DNA of 62,231 bases. Origin: an uncultured Anaerolineales bacterium. GTDB taxonomy: Bacteria; Planctomycetota; Phycisphaerae; FEN-1346. The notes under the pieces are model-generated. The model saw nothing but the letters and a program-made list of their open reading frames with translations. It did no database searches and had not been told where the DNA came from. Below, piece by piece: positions 34,053 through 41,612 of the stretch. The stretch spans positions 1 to 62,231 of the forward strand of contig CAYVAM010000002.1 of NCBI GenBank assembly GCA_964449275.1. Reading direction: 5' to 3'. Position 1 is the stretch's first letter. Each line of letters begins with the position of its first letter. The position numbers and the translations under genes were made by a program.

Positions 34053-35420
34053 CTACGGGCGCGATGAGGCCGCCACTGGGATGTCGAAGATTCCCTCGCC
34101 GTCGATCCGGATGCGCTTGCCGTTGATAACCGCTTCGCCGTGGCCGTGGGCGAGGACGCGGTACGTCTTCGGGGCCGGCCACCGGCCTTGCGGCTCGATG
34201 CGGAAGCGCGGTGGTTCTCCTGAAGCACCGCGCACGTCTGGACCGCACGGCGGGTGCGGAGACCCGCCGCGCTTCGTTTCGCTCGCGCCGCCGCGCTCGG
34301 TCTTGCTCGTGCCGCCGCGCAGGATCACGCCTTCGGCGAGGAGCCAGTAATCCTTCGTGGCGGCAAGCGACGTGAAGCCGCGCAGGCGGTCGGACTCGGC
34401 TTCCATCTCCTTAAGCGAATCGAAGTATCCAACGACGTAGGCTGCCGCAAAACTGTCGCCGCGCTTCACGGCGAGGCCCCCGATCTCCTGGATGAAACAC
34501 ACGTAGCCGCGCTGGTGACACCACGCTTCGTAGACGATCCCGGGCCGGAGCGTCATGCCGGCAAGCCAGGGCATCCGCGGCCCTCGGATCTTTCTGGCCC
34601 GGATGAAACGCTCGGGCAGCGGCGCCACGCCGCGCTGGTACAGGTGGCGGGCATCGGGCGGGAAGTCCTCGAAGAAGTCGGCGGCCGGGATGCGGCCTTC
34701 GTAAGAGAGAAAGACTTCCTCAAACGTATCACCGCGCTTGTGCCGCACGTGCCCCGGCATGTCGATCCGAAGGAACACGTTCTGTACGTCGTTGGCGCTC
34801 GTGATGCGGTCGCTCGCCAGGAACCAGCGCCGGCCCATCGGAAAGACGAGCATCTGTTCCCAGAGCGAACCGCTTTCGTAGCCCGGCGCGGCCTTCGTGT
34901 ACCGCCACCACTGACGGACGGCGACGAAATCGCGGCCGACGACAAACTCCGACTCGATGCGCTTCGCCTGGGTACAGATCTGCGGCAGTTCGATGTAATG
35001 CTTGGCGATGTTGCCGTGATAGAGGTTGCGGAACTCGTATGGCGCGCCGCTTTCGGCCCCCGGCCCCATGAGGAAGTCGACGATGTCGAGACCGAAGGAA
35101 CCGTCGCGCGCCCCGGTTCTCTTGTCGAGCAGCGTGTTGGCCTTGACGCCGGTGACGTACCCTCGCGGCCAGACCTCGGCCTTGAGGCAATCGGTCTCGA
35201 TTTCGATGCGCTCGCCTGCGCCGCGTGCGGCGCGGGGCAGTGCAGCGTTGGGCATGGGGCGTTCCTCATCGGCTTCAAGCGAGGTCTCGTCAGATAGTCC
35301 TACCAAGCGCCCGAGAATGCTGATGATCGCTACGTCACAAGCGTAAACGGTAAACGCTGCCACCAAGACGAGGACCATGAGGGAAACAATGACCAACGAG
35401 GCGATCCACGTGAATCTCAT
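34053..35420 (-). CDS. hypothetical protein, N-terminal TM anchor; the 3' third carries an in-frame REP cluster
   Basis: 455-aa ORF with TM WIASLVIVSLMVLVLVAAFTVYA and no domain I recognise. Codons about 370-405 are REP units (34206-34320). The gene end is therefore uncertain. Confidence 0.4.
   Translation of the reverse strand: MRFTWIASLVIVSLMVLVLVAAFTVYACDVAIISILGRLVGLSDETSLEADEERPMPNAALPRAARGAGERIEIETDCLKAEVWPRGYVTGVKANTLLDKRTGARDGSFGLDIVDFLMGPGAESGAPYEFRNLYHGNIAKHYIELPQICTQAKRIESEFVVGRDFVAVRQWWRYTKAAPGYESGSLWEQMLVFPMGRRWFLASDRITSANDVQNVFLRIDMPGHVRHKRGDTFEEVFLSYEGRIPAADFFEDFPPDARHLYQRGVAPLPERFIRARKIRGPRMPWLAGMTLRPGIVYEAWCHQRGYVCFIQEIGGLAVKRGDSFAAAYVVGYFDSLKEMEAESDRLRGFTSLAATKDYWLLAEGVILRGGTSKTERGGASETKRGGSPHPPCGPDVRGASGEPPRFRIEPQGRWPAPKTYRVLAHGHGEAVINGKRIRIDGEGIFDIPVAASSRP
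34206..34320. repeat. family A REP cluster located inside an ORF
   Basis: gcgcggtg-gttctcctgaag-caccgcgc (34206-34233), gcacggcgggtgcggagacccgccgcgc (34245-34272), then gcgccgccgcgc / gtgccgccgcgc direct repeats. Confidence 0.65.
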
Positions 35421-35488
35421 TACCGGGTGCCTCTCCTCAGTCGGGCCGCGCTCCCCGATAGGTCGCGGCTAAAACGCGCGGTGTCGAA

Positions 35489-35514
35489 CGTAGGCCGCGG
35501 CGCGCCGCGGCCTA
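35489..35514. repeat. family B perfect palindrome GTAGGCCGCGGC-GC-GCCGCGGCCTAC overlapping the HEPN stop codon
   Basis: 12-bp arms. Related units at 41460-41481 and three at 43069-43192. May act as a terminator hairpin for the TA operon. Confidence 0.6.
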
Positions 35515-35910
35515 CGGCTGATCGAGACTCCCGAACTCTTCAGGATGGGCGGCGGCCACAGCGCGGAGGATGTCATCTGCAATCCGGACGGCCTCCTCGG
35601 CATCGGCGGGCGAGACGTGTCGGCTGCCGCCGTAGTCGCCGCGAGCGCGAAGTTGTGCCAGGCGCGAATAACCTCTGCCGAGTTCGGCTGTCCACACGCC
35701 GGGCTGTACAAGATCACGATGCACGGCCGCTTCGACGGCCGAGTGCTTGGAGAAGATCTTGCCTTCGATCGCGAACAGTGCCGAGGCGGCGTAGAAGGCC
35801 GCGTAATAGGCACGTGAGGCCGCAGCATCGGCACTCAAAGCCAAGTCATGTTTCGCGACACGAAGGGCATCCTTGGCGCGTTCCCACAGATCCTCAGCAG
35901 CGGGGCTCAT
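35512..35910 (-). CDS. hepT: HEPN domain protein (toxin of a HEPN-MNT type VII TA pair)
   Basis: 132 aa. WERAKDALRVAKHDL...ASRAYYAAFYAASALF...RARGDYG follows the HEPN pattern. 4-nt overlap with the upstream MNT gene. Confidence 0.7.
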   Translation of the reverse strand: MSPAAEDLWERAKDALRVAKHDLALSADAAASRAYYAAFYAASALFAIEGKIFSKHSAVEAAVHRDLVQPGVWTAELGRGYSRLAQLRARGDYGGSRHVSPADAEEAVRIADDILRAVAAAHPEEFGSLDQP

Positions 35911-36221
35911 AGCGAAACGCCTTCACGCTTGGCATTCTGATACAGGGGAAACTCGCCCGCCTCGTATTCGGCGGCATCAACCGGCTCGGCGTGGATAGGC
36001 CGGCCGCTCTCCAGAACCAGCGGGTAAACGGCGTTGACGCAGGCCCAGGAGTCGTTCGGCTCCTCGAGCGGGCCTTCCAACAGAACGAGGAAGTCGATGT
36101 CGCTGTCCGGCGCAGCCTCGCCGCGCGCTTCGCTTCCGTATAAGACCACACCCTTCAGACGCGGGCCGAACGTCTCGCACAGCGCTGACTTGACACGTTC
36201 GAGAAGCCGCTCTCGCATCAT
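35907..36221 (-). CDS. mntA: nucleotidyltransferase (MNT) domain protein (antitoxin of the HEPN-MNT pair)
   Basis: 104 aa. VVLYGSEARGEAAPDSDIDFLVLL is the GSxxRG...DxD minimal nucleotidyltransferase motif. Confidence 0.75.
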   Translation of the reverse strand: MMRERLLERVKSALCETFGPRLKGVVLYGSEARGEAAPDSDIDFLVLLEGPLEEPNDSWACVNAVYPLVLESGRPIHAEPVDAAEYEAGEFPLYQNAKREGVSL

Positions 36222-36264
36222 CGCCGACCCCGATCAGTGCACGGGCACCACCCGTGTGCAATCC

Positions 36265-36293
36265 ATTATACCATCGGCAGAACGTCAGTTCAG
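36265..36293 (-). promoter_or_regulatory. candidate promoter of the MNT-HEPN operon
   Basis: Perfect TATAAT on the minus strand (36270-36265) with a weak -35 CTGAAC at 17 nt. An imperfect palindrome tgcacggg...cccgtgtgca sits between it and ATG 36221. Confidence 0.3.
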
Positions 36294-38786
36294 TTGATAA
36301 TACTTCCGCAGCAGCCACTCGCCCGTCACGATGGCCAGGAACAGGACGAAGAGGATGGGGAACAGGCCCGGCACCGTCTGGATGCCGACCTCGCGGTGGA
36401 TGTCTTCCTTGATCATCAGCGTCCGCAGACGTTCGACGAGGTCTCCGAAGGCGGCGGGTTCGTAATAGTCGGCGCCGGTGGCCCGGGCGATTTTCTTGAG
36501 CAGCGCCCGGTCGATGCTCAACCGGTCGAACTCCTGGTTCGGCCGGCCGACGGTGAACTCGACCTCGGCCTTGCCGAGAGCGACGCCCTCCTTCTTCGCC
36601 TCGACGAGCACCTTGTACGTGCCAGGGTCGAGCGGGTCGAGCGTCGTCTCGTACACGCCCACGGCGCCGGGCACGAGGGCGAGCGTCAGGCTCTCTCGCT
36701 CGCTGCCCGGCCCGAGCAGAACGCCGGTGGTCGTGGCGAAGTTGGTTGCCCGTCCTTCCTCGGCCCGGACTTTGGCGCGCACGAGGACCTTCTCGCCGGG
36801 GTTGTAGAACGGTTTGCGAACGAGCAGGTCCAGGCCCGGCTCGTCCGACTGTTCCTTGACCTCCTTGTTCGCCAGCCACCGGACCATCTGGCCCCAGAAC
36901 TTGATGTAAGGCGACTCGCGGCCCATCGCCTTGAACGGCAGGTACCACTGGTAGGTCGTGTCGGCGGCAAAGGCGGCGGCGCGGCCCTTGCCGTAGTTGT
37001 GGACTGCCAGAACGATGAGCGGCCCGCTCGCGCCCGTCCGTTCGGGATGCTCGGCCAGGATACTCGTGCCGGGCTTGGCACGGGCGAGGACGTTGCAGCC
37101 CTTCAGGTACGGCAGCCGCCGGCTGGGCGCATCGCTCTGGTACTGGAAGAAGCCTTTCGTGCCGTAGAAGATGGGATGGTTGGCGCCTTCGGGCGTCAGT
37201 TTGAGGACGAACGGCGTGGTCTCCTGGCCGATGCTCCGCGCACCTACCAGAACGGGCAGGATCTCCTCCATCGCCGTGCCCTCGTACCCGCCGGGGCCGA
37301 AACTGTTGTACCCGCCGACCATGACCAGCCCGCGTCCTTCACCGATGGCGGTCTTGAGGTTCGTAAGTTGCGGGGCCGAGAAGTAACTGCGGTCGAGGTC
37401 GCCGATGATGTACACGTCGAACTTCCGCATGTCCTCGAGCGTCTGCGGAAAACCCGCCAGCGACACACCCTTCATGCTGCCCGACTGCAGAAACTCGCCG
37501 CGCTTCACCTGCACCAGCGCCAGCAATTCCACGTTCGGGTCGGTCTCCAGGACGCTCTTCAGGGGCTTGTACTCCGGCCGCACCACGCCCTCGATGTAGA
37601 GGACGCGGATCTTCGGATCGGTCACCAGAATGTGGACGTCTCGCTCGTTGTTCTCGCTCCGCCGCTCGGCCGGGTCGGGACGGATGTGGACGCCGTACGT
37701 GTGGCGGCCGACCGTCTCGGGCGTGAACGTGAGCGTCACGCTCTGGCTCCCGGGCGCCGAGTCGAGCCGCAGCGGCGCCGAGGCCAGCGGCACGTCGTTC
37801 TCCCGGAGTTCCACCTTGATGCCGCGGTCCGGCAGGCCCACGGCCTCGATGTCCACCGTGATCTTCGCGATGTTGTTGACGGTCGATTCCTCGGGCGCCC
37901 GGACGTTCTCGATGCTGATGTCCTGGTACCCGCTCTGGGCCGTCAGGTCGGTGCCGATGCCGATGGTGTAGATGCGCGGCGGGCCGAGGGCGGTGATCTC
38001 TTTGGCAACGTCGCCGCCTGCGTTGTGCAGCCCGTCGCTCATCAGGATGATGCCGCTGGTGTCGATGAGCCGCGCGGCCGCCAGCACGTCTTTGATGCCC
38101 CGCGTGATGTTGGTGGCGTCGCCTTCCGGGTTGGGCCACTGGCCTTGCTGGACCTGGTGGGCCCGCGTGTCGAACCAGTAGAGTTTGACCTCGAAGGCGG
38201 TCTCGAACCGCTTCAGGTACTCCTCGACCTGCCGCGTGGCCAAACTGAGGCGGTGGGGCGTGTCCGGGTAATCGCTCACGGACATCGACTCCGATGCGTC
38301 CACCAGGACATAGAGGTCGGTCCGGTGCTCGAGCGTCTCCTCGAAACTGAGGACCGGCTTGAAGATGAGGAGCACGAGCAACAGGATCGCCAGCAACCGC
38401 ATCGCCAAGAGGCCCGCCATCGGCAACCGTCCGAGATAGTTGAACACCCGCAGGTAGAAGAAGAGGACCCACACGCCGCACGCCAGAGCCACCAGGCCCA
38501 TCAGCGCCAACTGGACCTGCCAGGCCGCATCGCCGGCGGCGACCCAGGTCATCAGAAACACGAGGCCCGCCAGCGAAAGGCCCACGACGACCTGCCACAT
38601 CGGAAGGATCGGATCGACGGTCTTGACCTCTCGCCCGCCGTCGCCCTCGGTCGAGCCGGCCGCCCGAATCAAGCCGTGAACCAGCACCAACAGAAACACG
38701 CCCGCGCCGACGATGGCCGTGGCGTAGCCGGTCATCGTCAGGCCTTCGCTGTAGAAGAGCAGCCGCGTCTCGCCCATCGCCAACAT
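36285..38786 (-). CDS. membrane protein: BatA-type N-terminal TM region + vWA domain + GATase1-like (DUF1355-type) domain
   Basis: 833 aa with several N-terminal TM helices. vWA DLYVLVDASESMSV...GIILMSDGLHN. A later YIIGDLDRSYF...GRGLVMVGGYNSFG block is typical of the class-I-amidotransferase-like domain. C-terminal TM. Confidence 0.55.
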   Translation of the reverse strand: MLAMGETRLLFYSEGLTMTGYATAIVGAGVFLLVLVHGLIRAAGSTEGDGGREVKTVDPILPMWQVVVGLSLAGLVFLMTWVAAGDAAWQVQLALMGLVALACGVWVLFFYLRVFNYLGRLPMAGLLAMRLLAILLLVLLIFKPVLSFEETLEHRTDLYVLVDASESMSVSDYPDTPHRLSLATRQVEEYLKRFETAFEVKLYWFDTRAHQVQQGQWPNPEGDATNITRGIKDVLAAARLIDTSGIILMSDGLHNAGGDVAKEITALGPPRIYTIGIGTDLTAQSGYQDISIENVRAPEESTVNNIAKITVDIEAVGLPDRGIKVELRENDVPLASAPLRLDSAPGSQSVTLTFTPETVGRHTYGVHIRPDPAERRSENNERDVHILVTDPKIRVLYIEGVVRPEYKPLKSVLETDPNVELLALVQVKRGEFLQSGSMKGVSLAGFPQTLEDMRKFDVYIIGDLDRSYFSAPQLTNLKTAIGEGRGLVMVGGYNSFGPGGYEGTAMEEILPVLVGARSIGQETTPFVLKLTPEGANHPIFYGTKGFFQYQSDAPSRRLPYLKGCNVLARAKPGTSILAEHPERTGASGPLIVLAVHNYGKGRAAAFAADTTYQWYLPFKAMGRESPYIKFWGQMVRWLANKEVKEQSDEPGLDLLVRKPFYNPGEKVLVRAKVRAEEGRATNFATTTGVLLGPGSERESLTLALVPGAVGVYETTLDPLDPGTYKVLVEAKKEGVALGKAEVEFTVGRPNQEFDRLSIDRALLKKIARATGADYYEPAAFGDLVERLRTLMIKEDIHREVGIQTVPGLFPILFVLFLAIVTGEWLLRKYYQLN

Positions 38787-38881
38787 CGGCCGTGTCTCCG
38801 CATCTCCCCCGGCGGTCCGGGACTCCGGAGTTATACCGCGCGGCAGGGTCCGGGGCTACAACAGTTCGCGCGCCCGCGGAT

Positions 38882-38963
38882 GGGTGGCATGGTCATCCCG
38901 AAGGGTGACCATGTTCTGGAGATAAGGCGGGTGGCATGGTCAGCCCGAAGGGTGACCATGTTC
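38882..38963. repeat. two tandem 35-nt hairpin repeats (period 47 nt)
   Basis: gggtggCATGGTCAtCCCgaaGGGTGACCATGttc at 38882-38916 and again at 38929-38963 (one mismatch). The second copy encodes the last residues and the stop of the DUF1570 gene. Confidence 0.7.
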
Positions 38964-40001
38964 AGGCGGGTGGCTGCGGACGTGCTCGCGCCACCGGCGC
39001 GCCAACTCCGCGAGTCCGAACCCGTAGGCCTGCCGCAGCGCCGCGTCCTGCTCCTTGCCGTCTTTGAGGGCATCGACGAAGGTCTTGAACTTCGGCCGCC
39101 CCTGCTCGAGCAGAAAATCCACCAGCGTGAGGGCCACGCGGTACTGCTCGAGCGAGAGACTTTCGCCGACCTTGGCCGCAAAGAGACCGGAGATCGGCTT
39201 CCTTGCCGCCGCCACACGGACGGCGGAAAACCACTTCGCCCGCCGAAGCGCGCCATCGTTGACGGTGGTCATGTACTCGGCCAGTCCCTCGTGCAGCCAG
39301 AGCGGCAGGCGACCGGGCGTCTTGTAGAGTTCGAAGAAGGCGTGCGTGCCTTCGTGGGCGAACAGTTCCTGCTGACGCCGCACGTCGCCCGAATCGACCG
39401 GAAAGCACATGTGCACCAGGTTCGGCTGCCCCGGCCCGTGGTCCTCGACGGCAAAGTACGCCCCGGCGCTGCGGGCGTCGTGGCCGTCGAACACCTTTGA
39501 GAACCGCTCGAACACCCTCCGGCGCTTGAACAGGATCACCACGCACTTGCCGTCCCAGACGCGGGCCTTCTCGGGCAGGCCGAAATGTTTCAGCAGGTTC
39601 CCGTAGAGGGCCTCGCTCCAAGTGCGGAACCGGGCCGTGACCGCCGAGTCCACGTCGCTGAACACGAGGTAGTGCCGGGTCTCGGACATCCGCAGGCGGA
39701 TCTTGAGTTTCTCGTTGATCGCACACAGCCGCTCCTTCTGATGCCGCATGAGCGCCGCCTGGTTGAACGTGCCCAGCGGCCCGCGGTAGCCCTCCGGCAG
39801 ACGGTAGAGGTGGCGGCCGGCCTCCGTGGTTCCCGGCTCGTCGCTGTTGGGTTGGACTTCGACACGTTCGTCGAGCGGCGGCGGCGGGACGGTGAACTCT
39901 CCGCCTCCCGCCGGCGGCACGCCGACGAGAACCGCCAGCGCCGCGAGGATCGTCAGGACCGCCTCGACCGCGCCCCGCCGAGTTGTGCCGCTGCGCGTCA
40001 T
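38940..40001 (-). CDS. DUF1570/peptidase-MA-like secreted protein (HExxH)
   Basis: Start ATG 40001 (ATGA overlap with the hflX stop). Signal AVLTILAALAVLVGVPPAGG. FAHEGTHAFFELY...WLHEGLAEYM is the zinc-metallopeptidase-like motif of DUF1570. Confidence 0.6.
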   Translation of the reverse strand: MTRSGTTRRGAVEAVLTILAALAVLVGVPPAGGGEFTVPPPPLDERVEVQPNSDEPGTTEAGRHLYRLPEGYRGPLGTFNQAALMRHQKERLCAINEKLKIRLRMSETRHYLVFSDVDSAVTARFRTWSEALYGNLLKHFGLPEKARVWDGKCVVILFKRRRVFERFSKVFDGHDARSAGAYFAVEDHGPGQPNLVHMCFPVDSGDVRRQQELFAHEGTHAFFELYKTPGRLPLWLHEGLAEYMTTVNDGALRRAKWFSAVRVAAARKPISGLFAAKVGESLSLEQYRVALTLVDFLLEQGRPKFKTFVDALKDGKEQDAALRQAYGFGLAELARRWREHVRSHPPEHGHPSG

Positions 40002-41386
40002 GCAACGTCTCCGTCCTGCGACACGCCGCTCACGGTATAAGACGCCTCCGCCACGCGGGGTATTTCGCCGAGCAACCGCCCGGGCAGGCGCACCGTCTGG
40101 ACGATGCAGCCGTCCTGGATCGAGCGCTCCAGCACCGTTGCGTGCTGGTCGATCCACGCCAGGAGGCGGCCGTCGGCGGCGTCGGCCCGGACGGTGGCTT
40201 CCGTCTCGGGGCCCACGAGACGCTCGGTAACCACGTCGGCCAGGTCCTCCAGACCGGCGCCCGTGGTCGCGCTCGTCGCGACGGCGCCGGGGCACGCACG
40301 CTCCAGGAGGTCCAGATGCAGCGGATCGGCCAGGAGGTCCACCTTGTTCAGGACCACCAGTTGCGGCTTCTCGCTGCACCCGATCTCTTCGAGCACCGTC
40401 GCGACGGCGGCCAGGTCGGCCCGGACGTGTTCGGTCGAGGCGTCCACAACGTGCAGCAGGAGGTCCGCATGGACGGCCTCCTCGAGCGTGGCCTTGAACG
40501 AAGCCACCAGGTGGTGCGGCAAGTCGCGGATGAAACCGATCGTGTCCGACAGCAGGGCCGTCAGGCCGTGCGGCAGGGGCCAGGAGCGGGTCCGCGTGTC
40601 GAGCGTCGCGAACAGTTTGTCCTGCACGTACGCGCGGGCGCCGGTCAGGACGTTCAGGAGGCTCGACTTGCCGGCGTTCGTGTAGCCGACGAGGCCGACC
40701 GTCAGTTGGTTGCGGCGGGACCGGACCTCGCGTTCCTTTCGGGCGTCGATACGGGCCAGCCGCTCCTTGAGGTCCTTGATGCGGCGGCGGACGGTGCGGC
40801 GGTCGGTCTCGAGTTGCGTCTCGCCCGGTCCGCGCGTCCCTATGCCGCCCTCGATACGCGACAGGTGTGTCCACATCTTCGCGAGCCGCGGGTACGCATA
40901 CTCCAGTTGCGCGAGTTCCACCTGAAGGTGCGCTTCGTGCGTCCTGGCGCGCGACGCGAAGATGTCGAGGATCAGTTCGCTGCGGTCGATCGTCTTGACA
41001 CCGGTGCCGCTCTCGAGGTTGTGGACCTGGGCGGGCGCCAGGTCGTTGTCGAAGATGATGACGTTGGCACGCTTGATGCGGCCGAGAACCCGAAGTTCGT
41101 CAACCTTGCCGCGGCCGATGTACGTGCCGGGGTGGAACCTGCGGCGGCGCTGCGTCATCGTGGCGACGACGCGGGCGCCGGCCGTATCGGCGAGGCGCCC
41201 CAGTTCCTCGAGACGGTCGCGGTGGCCCTTCTCATCGACCTCGCCGGGAGCGTCGCAGATAACTTCAACCAGGACGGCGCGTTCCTTGACGACGGTGCGC
41301 CGGGTGTCTTGGAGTTCCTTCACGCGCTCCCGCCTGCGCCTCCTCACGTGCGTGCCGTGTGCCCTTGCCCCATATACTATCGCCAC
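39998..41386 (-). CDS. hflX: GTPase HflX
   Basis: HflX N-domain (ERAVLVEV...LEELGRLADTAGA) followed by a G-domain with GYTNAGKSSLLN (G1), DTIGF (G3) and NKVD (G4). Confidence 0.9.
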   Translation of the reverse strand: MAIVYGARAHGTHVRRRRRERVKELQDTRRTVVKERAVLVEVICDAPGEVDEKGHRDRLEELGRLADTAGARVVATMTQRRRRFHPGTYIGRGKVDELRVLGRIKRANVIIFDNDLAPAQVHNLESGTGVKTIDRSELILDIFASRARTHEAHLQVELAQLEYAYPRLAKMWTHLSRIEGGIGTRGPGETQLETDRRTVRRRIKDLKERLARIDARKEREVRSRRNQLTVGLVGYTNAGKSSLLNVLTGARAYVQDKLFATLDTRTRSWPLPHGLTALLSDTIGFIRDLPHHLVASFKATLEEAVHADLLLHVVDASTEHVRADLAAVATVLEEIGCSEKPQLVVLNKVDLLADPLHLDLLERACPGAVATSATTGAGLEDLADVVTERLVGPETEATVRADAADGRLLAWIDQHATVLERSIQDGCIVQTVRLPGRLLGEIPRVAEASYTVSGVSQDGDVA

Positions 41387-41459
41387 TAATGATAGAACCG
41401 CTTTAGGCGGTGGTCAATGCGGCGAAAACCGGCGCGCCGTGGCGGCCACCCGTGCGCGA

Positions 41460-41481
41460 GCCGCGGCACGCCGCGGCCTAC
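41460..41481. repeat. family B palindrome unit
   Basis: gccgcggcacgccgcggcctac. Confidence 0.5.
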
Positions 41482-41612
41482 ACGCTGCCTTGGCGGCGGG
41501 TGAGCACGTGGCCATCCCGGCCAACTGCAGGGTGGCACGGCAGCCCCGCCGGGGCGGCCGTGGGGCCGGAACTCGCATCACGGCCACGCATGCGCGTTGC
41601 CGTGCCACCCGC

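Noticed and set aside
36237-39500. 1087-aa plus-strand ORF
   Set aside because: Antisense to the BatA-N/vWA gene and the DUF1570 gene. Arg/Gly/Asp-rich with no motifs.
41387-41612. Possible tRNA or small RNA in the 226-nt gap upstream of hflX
   Set aside because: I could not fold any cloverleaf with a proper acceptor or T-arm. The region is largely family B and GC palindromes.
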